Shown one piece after another: positions 52,465-61,750 of a stretch of DNA of 64,000 bases. Numbering within the stretch: the first letter of the stretch is position 1; each line of letters begins with the position of its first letter. The notes under the pieces were generated by a model that ran no database searches, was not told where the DNA came from, and saw only the letters and a list, made by a program, of their open reading frames with translations. The position numbers and the translations under genes were made by a program. Origin of the DNA: an uncultured Chloroflexia bacterium (GTDB lineage Bacteria > Chloroflexota > Limnocylindria > Limnocylindrales > CSP1-4); assembly GCA_963725875.1 (NCBI GenBank), contig CAVRZZ010000003.1:336817-400816 (forward strand), given 5' to 3'.

Positions 52465-54654
52465 ATGCGTCGGTTCATCGCCCAGGTCGTCGTCAACACG
52501 CTGACGATCCTGATCGTCCTCGCCCTGTTCACGCTCGTCAAGGTCGACTACACGGACCCGTTCACGGGAGCGCGGTTCACGGGACCGGCCCTCGCGCTCG
52601 GGGCCAACCCGGTCCTCACGCTCGTCTTCATGGCGCTGTTCGTCGCGCTCGTGGGGGCGTTCGTCCGGCCGATCGTCCTGGTGCTGGCCGGCCGCCTCCT
52701 GCTGCGCTCGATGGGCCTGATCCTGATCGTGGTGAACGTCCTCCTCGTGTTCGTCGCCGGCTGGCTGGCGCCCGGGGAGTTCGTCGTCGCGCCGCCGACC
52801 TGGGTCTGGGGCACGCTGATCGCGCTCGTCTTCACGCTCATCGCCAGCGGCATCCAGATCGTCGTCGGCATCGACCGGCCGCAGATCGACATGAGCGACC
52901 GCCAGCGCGCGATCTGGCGGCTCCTGGATCGCCTGCCGACGCCGCGCCGCAGCAAGATGGTCGAGAACCTGCGCCTCCTGCAGGTCTACAACACCGTGGC
53001 CAGCTTCGGCCTCGAGATCGGGTTGGAGTCGACTCCGGTGGCGGTCATCCGCGACCGTTTCCAGAAGTACGTCGGCGGGATGAACCGCGAGCTGGCCGAG
53101 CTGAGCACGCCGGCCAAGGTGCGGGTCATGCTGCAGCAGCTCGGCCCCACCTACGTGAAGATCGGCCAGATGGTCTCCAGCCGGGCGGAGGCACTGCCGC
53201 CGGAGTGGCAGGACGAGCTGGCGAAGCTCCAGAACACCGTCCCGCCGTTTCCCACCGAGAAGGCGCACGCGGTCGTCGAGGCGGAGCTGCGCCACCCGAC
53301 CTCAGAGCTCTACGCCTCGTTCGACGAGGAGGCGCTCGCCGCGGCGTCGCTGGCCCAGGTCCACCGCGCCACGCTCCCCGACGGCCGCGAGGTCGTGGTC
53401 AAGATCCAGCGGCCCGACGTCCAGACGATGGTGGCCGCCGATCTCGGGGTCATGCAGGACCTCGCGGGCGTCATGGAGGAGCGCTTCGAGCTGGCGCGGC
53501 GCCTGGACGCCAGGGGGATCCTCCAGGAATTCGCGGCCGGCGTCCTCATCGAGCTGGACTACCGCAACGAGGCGTACCACATGCGGCGCCTCGACGAGAA
53601 CATGGCCGGGATCGAGGGCGTTCGCGTCCCGCTCGTGGACGGCGCGCGCAGCGCCCGGCGGGTCCTCACGATGGAGTTCATCCGCGGCGTCAAGATCAAC
53701 GACGTCGCCGCGATGGAGGCCGCCGGCATCGACCGGGACGACGTCGCGCGACGGCTCCTCCGGGCAGTCATCAAGCAGATCCTCGTCGACGGCTTCTTCC
53801 ACGCCGATCCGCACCCCGGGAACGTGCTCGTCGACACGCGCGACGGCACGATCGTCTTCCTCGATCTCGGTCTCATCGGGCAGCTGGACCGGGACCAGCG
53901 CTTCGACCTGCTCGACCTGATGTGGTCCGTGGTCCAGAAGGATGCCGCCGGCATCGCGGCCGTCATGACCCGGATGAGCATCCAGCGCGGCAAGGTGGAC
54001 CCGGGGCGGGTCCGGGCGGCGATCGACGCGATCGTCTACCAGTACCTGAAGTACGGCGGCGAGGGCGGGGGCGACTTCGGCGCCGCGATCTCGGGCATCC
54101 TCGGGACGCTCTACGACAACGGCCTCAAGCTCAACCAGGACTTCACGCTCGCCCTCAAGGCGATCGTCCAGGTCGAGGAGATCACCCGGACGTTGAGCCC
54201 GTCGTTCGACCTCCTCGACGAGGGCCTGCGCAACGCCAGGGAGCTCCTGACGACCGAGGTGAGCGCCGAGAAGATCGTCGCGGCGCTGCGCCAGACGACG
54301 ATCCAGACGGGCAAGGAGCTCGGCCGCCGCCTCCCGGAGCTGCAGTCCGCCACCCTGTCGTGGCTGGACCAGTACCAGAAGGGGAAGATCGTCGTCGAGG
54401 TCAACACGGCCGACCTCTCCCGCGAGATCGGGAAGGTCGGCCGGGTCGGCCAGACGCTGGCGGCGGGCATCATCCTCGCCGGGGCGATCATCGCGACAGG
54501 GATCGTCTTCACGGCCACGCTCCTCTCCGGCGCAAACATCGTGATCTTCCTGCCCCTGCCCGTGATCCTCCTGATCATCTTCGTCGCCCTGCTCGTGGTC
54601 GGCGTGCGGGTGACCAACCGCATGCTGAGCGGTCCCGTCGAACCCGACGAGTAG
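52465..54654 (+). CDS. UbiB/ABC1-family atypical kinase with a ~200-aa N-terminal four-TM domain and a C-terminal TM
   Basis: GGAGG 9 nt upstream. Kinase blocks 'AAASLAQVHRATL', 'VVVKIQRPDV', 'DYRNEAYHMRRL', 'FFHADPHPGNVLV', 'VFLDLGLIG'. N-terminal 'MRRFIAQVVVNTLTILIVLALF...' polytopic region. Confidence 0.85.
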   Translation: MRRFIAQVVVNTLTILIVLALFTLVKVDYTDPFTGARFTGPALALGANPVLTLVFMALFVALVGAFVRPIVLVLAGRLLLRSMGLILIVVNVLLVFVAGWLAPGEFVVAPPTWVWGTLIALVFTLIASGIQIVVGIDRPQIDMSDRQRAIWRLLDRLPTPRRSKMVENLRLLQVYNTVASFGLEIGLESTPVAVIRDRFQKYVGGMNRELAELSTPAKVRVMLQQLGPTYVKIGQMVSSRAEALPPEWQDELAKLQNTVPPFPTEKAHAVVEAELRHPTSELYASFDEEALAAASLAQVHRATLPDGREVVVKIQRPDVQTMVAADLGVMQDLAGVMEERFELARRLDARGILQEFAAGVLIELDYRNEAYHMRRLDENMAGIEGVRVPLVDGARSARRVLTMEFIRGVKINDVAAMEAAGIDRDDVARRLLRAVIKQILVDGFFHADPHPGNVLVDTRDGTIVFLDLGLIGQLDRDQRFDLLDLMWSVVQKDAAGIAAVMTRMSIQRGKVDPGRVRAAIDAIVYQYLKYGGEGGGDFGAAISGILGTLYDNGLKLNQDFTLALKAIVQVEEITRTLSPSFDLLDEGLRNARELLTTEVSAEKIVAALRQTTIQTGKELGRRLPELQSATLSWLDQYQKGKIVVEVNTADLSREIGKVGRVGQTLAAGIILAGAIIATGIVFTATLLSGANIVIFLPLPVILLIIFVALLVVGVRVTNRMLSGPVEPDE

Positions 54655-54790
54655 CGGCCGGCTCGCCGCGGCGCTCCTGTTCGTGGCGAATCCAGCCCGC
54701 GCCTTCGCCTTCGCCCCCGTGGCCGGCTGAGCGGGAGCCACCGTCGGCCCGGGCCGGCCCGGTGCGGCCCGCCCCGCGCTGGGTCCCCGG

Positions 54791-55828
54791 TCAGCTGCCC
54801 CGCGGCTCGCCGGGCGCGCGGACCCGCAGCGTCGCCGACCAGGCCACCCGCTCGGCCGGCGCCAGCACGAGCGCCCGGTCGGCCGCCATCGCCGAGGCCA
54901 GGTCGTCGTCCGGCGAGGTCGTCGGCTCCAGGGCGTGCTGGACGCGGGGCTCCGCGGGCAGGCCCGGCCAGCCCCCATCGGAGAGCCAGATCCCCAGGTT
55001 GGGGGCGATGGGGGCGTACCAGGTGAGCTCCAGCCGGGCGCCGTCGGGCTGGACGGCCGCCGCGACTCCCGGCAGACCCTCCCCGCTGGCGCTGTCCCAG
55101 CTGCCGTAGAGCTCCCAGCCACCGAAGGCCTTCAGAGCGGTCCCCGCCGCCGCGTCGCGGACCACGTCGAGCGCGACCGGTCGGCCGTCGGTGCCCGGCG
55201 TCTCCGGCCAGTCGGCGCGGCCCGGGACCGGCGCGATCGGCAGGCCGGTCGCCTGCGTCACCCGAACCGAGACGAGCCCCTCCACGTCCAGCCGCGCCCC
55301 CGCCTCGAGGGCCAGGAGCGGGTGCATCGACCAGAGCACCGGCAGGTCGGCCGGCCCGCGGTTCTCCAGCTCGTAGTCGGCGACCACGCGCCCGCCGTCG
55401 AGGCGCAGGCGCCGCGTGAAGCGATACGGGCTCCCTCCCCCGGCCGGGCGCTCGACGACCCACGTCGCCGCGAGCACGGGACCCTCGGGGCGGACCTCCG
55501 CCGGGCGGCCCCACAGGTCGCCGTGGTCGCGAAGCGGGCGTCCCGCCGGGTCGCCCGGGTCGGGGCACGGCGCCACCGTCGGAAGGCACTCGTCCCAGCC
55601 GAACGCGACCGCCCCCCCGTAGACGGCGTCGGGGCCGCTCCAGGCCGGGGCGTCGCCGTTCGGTCCGCTGCTCGGCGGCTTGCCCGCCACGAGCCACTCG
55701 CGGCCGGTCCACAGGTCGACCAGCGAGAGGACGCGCGCCCCGAGCGCCGGGCACACGACGATCCGCACGCGGTCGCTGGCGTTCTCGAAGGTGGCGAAAG
55801 GCCCGAATGGCGGCCCCGGGCGAATCAT
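54791..55828 (-). CDS. Aldose-1-epimerase-like (galactose mutarotase fold) protein
   Basis: Beta-rich 345 aa, 'HGDLWG', 'VADYELENRG', 'LWSMHPLL'. Downstream of a sugar-binding lipoprotein gene. The family call is tentative. Confidence 0.45.
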   Translation of the reverse strand: MIRPGPPFGPFATFENASDRVRIVVCPALGARVLSLVDLWTGREWLVAGKPPSSGPNGDAPAWSGPDAVYGGAVAFGWDECLPTVAPCPDPGDPAGRPLRDHGDLWGRPAEVRPEGPVLAATWVVERPAGGGSPYRFTRRLRLDGGRVVADYELENRGPADLPVLWSMHPLLALEAGARLDVEGLVSVRVTQATGLPIAPVPGRADWPETPGTDGRPVALDVVRDAAAGTALKAFGGWELYGSWDSASGEGLPGVAAAVQPDGARLELTWYAPIAPNLGIWLSDGGWPGLPAEPRVQHALEPTTSPDDDLASAMAADRALVLAPAERVAWSATLRVRAPGEPRGS

Positions 55829-55885
55829 CGGGCCACCGCCGGCGCGGCGCGGCGTGCGAGCTTCATCGCTGGTCGACCTCCGGTT

Positions 55886-56926
55886 TCAGGGCGAGGCCGG
55901 GCCGGCGCACGCGGCGGCGAAGGAGGCCGGGACGAGATCCTCGTAGCTCTCCGGGGTCACGACCGTCCCATGGACGATCGTCTCCGCGGGTGGCGGATCG
56001 CCGCTCTGCGCGGCGTCCCAGAGGACCCGGGCCGCCGCCGCGCCGACATCGCCACCATACACGAAGAGGGCCGCCCGGAAGCCTGTCTCCTCGTCGCGCG
56101 CCCAGGCGCGGCAGGCGAGGTCGGCGCCCAGCCCAACGCCGATGACGTCGGGCGGGGCGAAGCCGGCCGTGGCGAGCGCGTTCAGCCCGCCCTGGACGCC
56201 CTGGTCGGTGCAGCCGACCACGACCCACCGGGCGACCTGCGGGCCGGCCGTGATGAGCGGCAGCGCGGCGTCCTCGGCGGAGCGCACCTCGCCGGAGAAG
56301 GGCACCGCGACGACGTTCGCCGGCGGGATGCCGGCGACCCGGAGGGCCTCCTGCTGGCCCACCGCACGGGCGGCGCACGACGCCAGCGTCTGGACCTCGA
56401 CCGAGAGGACGCCGACCTCCGTCGCCTTCCAGCGGCTCGCGGCGACGAGATCAGCGGCCGTCGCGCCGACCGTCGTGCCGAGGTCGCGGTCGTCGATCCC
56501 GACGAAGGGCACCGGCCGCCCGGCCTCGTCGAGGATCCGCGCCTGCGTGGCCACGAGCGGGACCCCGGCGCCCGTCGCCACCGTCGCCAGCGCCGGCCCG
56601 ATCGACGCGTCGGGGGCTGTCACGCTGATCCCGCGCGCCCCGGCGGCGACCGCCCGCTCCACGAGGCGGACGGCAATCCGCGGATCGCGTCGGGCATCGC
56701 CGACGGTCGACCTCCCACCCAGCTCCCCGATCGTGGCGGCGAAGGCGGCCGCCTCGGCCGCCGGCCCCTCGCCGGCCGAGGCGAACACGGCGACGAAGAG
56801 CGGCCCCGCCGGTGCCGACGGCCCGGCCGTGCCGCCGGCGGGCCCGGCGGGGCTCGGCGACGCGGCCCCGCCGCAGGCGGCCAGGAGAACCGCCACGACG
56901 CCGAGCGCCCAGGTTGAGCGGGGCAT
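55886..56926 (-). CDS. Sugar ABC-transporter substrate-binding lipoprotein (periplasmic-binding-protein type I, RbsB/LacI-like)
   Basis: Lipobox 'VAVLLAACGG'. 'LFVAVFASAGEG', 'VPFVGIDDRDLG', 'VVGCTDQGVQGGLNAL'. Confidence 0.7.
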   Translation of the reverse strand: MPRSTWALGVVAVLLAACGGAASPSPAGPAGGTAGPSAPAGPLFVAVFASAGEGPAAEAAAFAATIGELGGRSTVGDARRDPRIAVRLVERAVAAGARGISVTAPDASIGPALATVATGAGVPLVATQARILDEAGRPVPFVGIDDRDLGTTVGATAADLVAASRWKATEVGVLSVEVQTLASCAARAVGQQEALRVAGIPPANVVAVPFSGEVRSAEDAALPLITAGPQVARWVVVGCTDQGVQGGLNALATAGFAPPDVIGVGLGADLACRAWARDEETGFRAALFVYGGDVGAAAARVLWDAAQSGDPPPAETIVHGTVVTPESYEDLVPASFAAACAGPASP

Positions 56927-57103
56927 GCCTACCTCCGCGGCGAGGGGTGGCCGGTGTGGCCCCGGTCGACGCCCGTCGACACCAACCGTACCAAGCCGGC
57001 GGTTCCGGGGCTCCGGGCTCCGGCGGCGCGCCCGTGGGCGCGTGGCCGCCGGCGGTGATCCGCGCGGGGACGGCCCACGCGGCCGGGCGGCGCCGGCCTA
57101 CCG

Positions 57104-57946
57104 TTGACGCACACCACTCCGCAGGGAGGAGCCCACGTGGGCGACCGGCCGGCCCGCATCGCTTCGGCGTGGCTTCCCGTCGCGCTCGTGGCGGCAGCCG
57201 CGCTCATCCCCGAGCTGCGCATCCCCGTGCTCGTCGCCGTCGTCCTGACGGCCGTGGTCGTCCTTCGCCGACCGGGCCGGCCCGCCGGCCCCGGCGTCGC
57301 CTGGGTCGCCGTGCTGCCGGTGGCGGCCGGGCTCGTCGTGGGCCTCCTGCCGGACCCGCGGGTCCCCGATCCGGGCACCTGCGCCGACGTCCTCGCCCCG
57401 CCCGTCCTGCGCCGGCTGCTGCAGGCGGGCGTCGTCCTGGGAACCGCCGGCGTCCTCGCCGTCCGCATGGGCGGGCGGCGCTCGCTCGGGATCGTGCTCC
57501 CGACCGACCGCCGGGTCATCGTCCTCGCGGCGGCGTGCCCGCTCCTGGTGCCGATCGGGCTGCTCCTCGGCCCCATCCTGGCCGAGCCGTTCTTCGACGA
57601 GGTCCGGCTGGCGGTCCCGTCGCCGGCGGCCCTCGTCCCGGCCGCGATCCTCGCGATCATGAACGCGGCCCTCGAGGAGACCGCCTATCGCGGGGCCGTG
57701 CAGCGCTGGGCAGCGCCGGCCCTCGGCCGGGGCGGCGCGATCGCAGCGCAGGCCGTCATCTTCGGATGCGCCCACCAGGGCTCCGACATCGTCGCCGGCG
57801 GCCTCCTCATCCTCGCCGGCATGATGCTGGCCGGCCTGGTCGCGGGCGTCATCGCCGACCGGACCGGGTCGCTCCTCCTGCCGTTCGCGGCGCACGCGGC
57901 GATCGACATCCCGATCGCCCTGGCGCTCACCTGTCGGCTCGCCTGA
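57104..57946 (+). CDS. CPBP-family intramembrane metalloprotease (CAAX protease/bacteriocin-processing type)
   Basis: 'MNAALEETAYRGAV' (EExxxR), 'VIFGCAHQG' (FxxxH), 'PFAAHAAID' (HxxxN/D-like). Confidence 0.8.
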   Translation: MTHTTPQGGAHVGDRPARIASAWLPVALVAAAALIPELRIPVLVAVVLTAVVVLRRPGRPAGPGVAWVAVLPVAAGLVVGLLPDPRVPDPGTCADVLAPPVLRRLLQAGVVLGTAGVLAVRMGGRRSLGIVLPTDRRVIVLAAACPLLVPIGLLLGPILAEPFFDEVRLAVPSPAALVPAAILAIMNAALEETAYRGAVQRWAAPALGRGGAIAAQAVIFGCAHQGSDIVAGGLLILAGMMLAGLVAGVIADRTGSLLLPFAAHAAIDIPIALALTCRLA

Positions 57947-58096
57947 CCCCAGGCGGGCCGGACGTCCCGGGACGGCGGGCCGGTTCTCCCCTATCCGGCG
58001 CGGCGCACACCTGCGACGATCGGACCCGCCACGGGTCCTGTCGTGTCCCGTGGCGCCCTGCGCCGTGCCGTCCCAAGCCGCTCGGGAGAGAAGAGC

Positions 58097-58810
58097 ATGA
58101 AGGTCGCGGACGTGATGACCCGCGGTGTCGTCTCGGTGCGCCCGGAGACGCCGCTCAAGGACGTCGCGCTGCTGATGATCGAGAGGGGCATCAGCGGCGT
58201 GCCGGTCGTGGACGACGCGGGCGCCGTGATCGGTGTCGTCTCCGAGGCCGACTTCGTCATCAAGGAGCGCGGGGTGGGGGCCGTCCGGCACCGCCTGCTC
58301 GCCGGGATCTTCGGCAAATCGAAGCGCACGCAGGCCGAGCTCGCCAAGATCGAGGCGACGACCGCCGGCGAGGCGATGACGCGCCCGCCGATCACCATCG
58401 ACGCCGCCGACACGCTCCAGCTGGCCGCCGGCCTGATGGCGGACCGCAAGGTGAACCGGCTCCCGGTCATCCGCGACGGCCTCCTCGTCGGGATCGTGAC
58501 GCGTGCCGACGTGGTGCGGGCCTTCGTCCGGACCGACGCGGATCTCGAGCGTCTCGTCCGCGAGGAGGTCCTCGCCAAGACGGCCTTCGCGCTGGAGCCC
58601 GATACGTTCGACGTGGCCGCCAGCGGCGGCGTCGTCCGGCTGGCCGGACGCGTCGACCGGCGCTCCCTGGCCGACACGATCGTGGAGGTCACGCGCGGGC
58701 TCGGCGGCATCGTGGGCGTGGAGTCCGAGCTGACCTGGGAGATCGACGACGTCGGCGGCCCTCCGCAGCCGCCCGAGCCGGAAGTCCTCATGACGCTCCG
58801 CCCGCACTGA
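58097..58810 (+). CDS. CBS-pair plus BON domain protein
   Basis: Two CBS motifs ('VMTRGVVSVRPETPLKDVALLMIERGISGVPVVDDAGAVIGVVSEADF', 'AMTRPPITIDAADTLQLAAGLMADRKVNRLPVIRDGLLVGIVTRADV') and a C-terminal BON-like 'VVRLAGRVDRRSLADTIVEVTRGLGGIVGV'. Confidence 0.75.
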   Translation: MKVADVMTRGVVSVRPETPLKDVALLMIERGISGVPVVDDAGAVIGVVSEADFVIKERGVGAVRHRLLAGIFGKSKRTQAELAKIEATTAGEAMTRPPITIDAADTLQLAAGLMADRKVNRLPVIRDGLLVGIVTRADVVRAFVRTDADLERLVREEVLAKTAFALEPDTFDVAASGGVVRLAGRVDRRSLADTIVEVTRGLGGIVGVESELTWEIDDVGGPPQPPEPEVLMTLRPH

Positions 58811-59097
58811 CCCGGCGGTGCGGAACCGGGCGCCGGGGCGTGCTGCCGGGGATGCTGCCGGGCCGGCGACGCCGCTCGCTCACGGCCTCGTTTGACAGGT
58901 CGGCCCCGAGCGGCGATGCTTGGCGGGTCGAGACGACGCGCCCAGCTGGGTCCGAGCACCGAATGCCCCGCTCTCCGCTCCGCGTCGTCCCCTTCGATCG
59001 CCCCGGCACCACCATCCGCCGGACGAGCGATCGCGCAGCTACCACGACGATCGACCCAACTCGATTCGGGCGATCGTCACGAAAGGATTCCAGGGAC

Positions 59098-59307
59098 ATG
59101 ATGTCCAGGCTCTCCCCGGCGCGGCGTCCAGCCGCTCCGCTCGCGCTCGCCGCGCGAACCGCAGACGCGCGCCGGCGACGGCGGCGCGGCGGCGTCGACG
59201 CGCGCCTCTATTGCGGCACCAACGGGTGCCCCACCACGCTCCAGCTCGACGCCCGAACCGGCGTCGCCGCCTGCCCCATCTGCGGGTTCCAGCGCCGACT
59301 CGCCTGA
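59098..59307 (+). CDS. Small Cys4 zinc-ribbon protein (69 aa)
   Basis: 'YCGTNGCPTTLQLDARTGVAACPICGF'. ATG preceded by AAAGGA. Confidence 0.35.
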   Translation: MMSRLSPARRPAAPLALAARTADARRRRRRGGVDARLYCGTNGCPTTLQLDARTGVAACPICGFQRRLA

Positions 59308-59499
59308 GCCGACCCGGCCGGGCCGACAGCCCGGCATGCGCCGGGGACGGCCTCGGTGTGGACGGGGCTCGTGGACGGACCGTGGACAACCCGTCCGGCG
59401 GGCCGGATTCTCGTGGACAGAACCCCTTGCGGCCGGCGGCGCCGGCAGGCCATCATCTGGTCAGCCCGAAGGGGCCGTGATGAACGGACCGCGGTGCCG

Positions 59500-59690
59500 C
59501 CGCAAGGCGGCCGGGTTCCTCGCAAGGGGAGCCGGGCCCTCCGTCAGGAGGGTCGGCCCTTCCGCAAGGGAGGCGAAGCGGTTCGACGGTCGCACCGGTG
59601 CCGCAAGGTATCGGGCCCGCTCGCAAGAGCGGGAGGTGCTCCGCAAGGAGCGCCACAGCCGCCCGCAAGGGTGGCGAGTCCCCCGCAAGG
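59500..59690 (+). repeat. Array of nine direct copies of YCGCAAGG with ~20-21-bp phasing, upstream of the NitT/TauT ABC operon
   Basis: Copies start near 59500, 59520, 59541 (CCGTCAGG variant), 59562, 59601, 59621 (TCGCAAGA variant), 59641, 59663 and 59683. Spacings are 20, 21, 21, 39, 20, 20, 22, 20. No credible ORF covers the array. Confidence 0.7.
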
Positions 59691-59786
59691 GGGGCGTGGC
59701 GACCGGGTCGGCGGTCCTTTCGGGCGCTTCCTTGCCCTGCGCCCCCCGGGGGGCGCCGCGGCTTCCCGGATGTAGACTCGACCGCG

Positions 59787-60713
59787 ATGGTCCCGCGCGC
59801 CGCCGGCGCGCCCGTTCCGCCCGTCGAGGAGCCCGTGTCCGACGCGCCACTGTCCGACGCGCCACCGTCAGCTGCGCCGCGGTCGGCCGCGACGGCGATC
59901 CGCCTGGCCGCCCTGCGCTTCTCGTTCCCCATCGACGGGCAGCCGGTCCCCGTCCTCGACGGCATCGACCTCGAGGTCGGACCGCGTTCCGTCGTCGCCC
60001 TCGTGGGCCCAAACGGGTGCGGCAAGAGCACCCTCCTCAGGGTCATCGCCGGCCTGCTCCCGGCTGCGGCCGGCACGGTCGAAGTAGAGGGGCGCCCGGT
60101 CGCCGGGCCTGATCCCCGCGTCGGGCTCGTGTTCCAGGAATCGCGGCTGCTCCCCTGGCGCACGGCGCTCGCGAACGTCTCCTTCCCGTTGGAGGTCGCC
60201 GGCCACCCTCGCGCGGCGCGCGAGGCGCGCGCCCGCGACCTCCTGGCGCTCGTCGGCCTCCGCGAGTGGGAGGGGGCGCGCCCCGGGGAGCTCTCCGGCG
60301 GCATGCGGCAGCGGCTGGCGATCGCGCGGGCGCTGGCCCTCGAGCCGTCCGTCCTGCTCCTCGACGAGCCGTTCAGCGCCCTCGACGCCCTGACCCGCGA
60401 GCGCTTCAACGTCGAGCTCCTGCGCCTCTGGGAGCGGATCGGGACGACGATCGTCCTCGTCACCCACAGCATCCCCGAGGCGGTCTTCCTCGCAGACCGC
60501 GTCATCGTGCTGTCGCCGCGCCCGACGGTCGTGGCCGCCGACGTGCCGGTGGACCTGCCGAGGCCGCGCCGGTTGGCGGACCTCGACGCCGCCGCCCTGA
60601 CCCGCACTGCGGCGGTGATCCGGGCCCAGCTCGGTGGCGCCACCGACGACGCCTTCGCGGTCGCCACGGGAACCGTCGGCGAGCATGCCGAGCCCGACGA
60701 GGTCGTGGAATGA
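59787..60713 (+). CDS. ABC transporter ATP-binding protein, NitT/TauT (SsuB/TauB-like) family
   Basis: Walker A 'GPNGCGKST', 'LSGGMRQRLAIARAL', 'LLLDEPFSALD'. First in-frame ATG after the repeat array. Confidence 0.85.
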   Translation: MVPRAAGAPVPPVEEPVSDAPLSDAPPSAAPRSAATAIRLAALRFSFPIDGQPVPVLDGIDLEVGPRSVVALVGPNGCGKSTLLRVIAGLLPAAAGTVEVEGRPVAGPDPRVGLVFQESRLLPWRTALANVSFPLEVAGHPRAAREARARDLLALVGLREWEGARPGELSGGMRQRLAIARALALEPSVLLLDEPFSALDALTRERFNVELLRLWERIGTTIVLVTHSIPEAVFLADRVIVLSPRPTVVAADVPVDLPRPRRLADLDAAALTRTAAVIRAQLGGATDDAFAVATGTVGEHAEPDEVVE

Positions 60714-61465
60714 GCGACACGCGCGGGCGCGTCGTGCTGCCGGCCGTCGCCTTCGTCGGGTTCCTGCTGACCTGGCAGGCGATCGTCTGGATCGGCAGCT
60801 ACCCGACGTTCATCCTGCCCGGCCCGCTCGTCGTGGCCCAGCGCTTCGTCGAGGCGTGGCTCGAGGGGATCTTCTGGCCGCACCTCGTGACGACGCTCGC
60901 GCAGATCGCCGTCGGCTTCACGGTCGGCGCCGCGGCCGCCCTGCCCACCGGGTATGTCCTGGCCCGCTCGCGGCTGGCCAACCGGATCATGTCGCCGTAT
61001 CTCGTGGCGGCCCAGGCGGTCCCGATCCTCGCCCTGGCGCCGCTCATTGCCCTCTGGTTCGGCACCGGGCTGCTGGCCCGCTCGATCATCATCGCCCTGG
61101 TGGTCTTCTTCCCGGTGGCCATCAGCGTGATGGTCGCCATCCGCGGGGTCGATCGCCGCCTCCTCGAGATGGCCCGCAGCTACCGGGTGACTCGCCGGCA
61201 GCGGATCCGCCTCGTGGAGATCCCGGCGGCGCTGCCCGGCATCGTGGGCGGCCTGCGGATCGGGATCACGCTGGCCGTGGTCGGGGCAATCGTCGCCGAG
61301 TGGACCGGCGGCGAGCAGGGCCTGGGCGTCCTGATCAACCTGGCCCGCGGCAGCCTGTTCGACATCCCTCTCCTCTTCGCCACGCTGGTCCTGATCGCCC
61401 TCCTCGGGATCGCGCTCTACGCCAGCGTGCTGGTCGTCGAGCGCCGGGTGCTGGCCCGGTCCTGA
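60710..61465 (+). CDS. ABC transporter permease, NitT/TauT (SsuC/TauC-like) family
   Basis: ATGA overlap with the ATPase stop. Six TM segments and an EAA-like loop 'EMARSYRVTRRQRIRLVEIPAALPGI'. Confidence 0.85.
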   Translation: MSDTRGRVVLPAVAFVGFLLTWQAIVWIGSYPTFILPGPLVVAQRFVEAWLEGIFWPHLVTTLAQIAVGFTVGAAAALPTGYVLARSRLANRIMSPYLVAAQAVPILALAPLIALWFGTGLLARSIIIALVVFFPVAISVMVAIRGVDRRLLEMARSYRVTRRQRIRLVEIPAALPGIVGGLRIGITLAVVGAIVAEWTGGEQGLGVLINLARGSLFDIPLLFATLVLIALLGIALYASVLVVERRVLARS

Positions 61466-61750
61466 CGGCCGGCCGCGCCGCCCCGTCCGGCGGTGCTACG
61501 ATCGCCGCGCCTTCGGGGCAGGGTGCAATCCCCGACCGGTGGTAGCGCCCCCAGGGGCCGAGCCCACGAGTGCCTCGCCGACCGCGACGAGGCGCAGACC
61601 CGACCGCGACCGGTCCGCCGGACGCGCCAGCGGGGCCGACGGTCAGAGTCCGGATGGAAGAAGGCGACGGTGCACGCTCGCGAGCGTGCCGCCGTCCCGT
61701 GTTGCCCCGGGGCCGCATCGCGAGCACGGGAGACACGCGTGACCACCTCG
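61466..61750 (+). promoter_or_regulatory. 285-nt structured spacer inside the ABC transporter operon; candidate cis-regulatory RNA or operator
   Basis: Perfect 18-bp palindrome GCACGCTCGCGAGCGTGC at ~61672-61689, flanked by GGCGACGG/CCGCCGTCC. Further downstream CCCGTG...(GCCCCGGGGC)...CACGGG stem-loop. An earlier 'GGTGCAATCC' resembles part of the cobalamin-riboswitch core, but the B12 box is absent. Confidence 0.25.

Noticed and set aside
61495-61570. Cobalamin or TPP riboswitch in the ABC-operon spacer
   Set aside because: GGTGCAATCC resembles the B12-element GGUGnnAAUCC, but no GCCACUG B12 box and no GGGAAGGC are present. The TPP signatures CUGAGA and the ACCUGAUCUGGAUAAUGCCAGCGUAGGGA helix are also absent. 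The region is kept only as an unclassified structured element.
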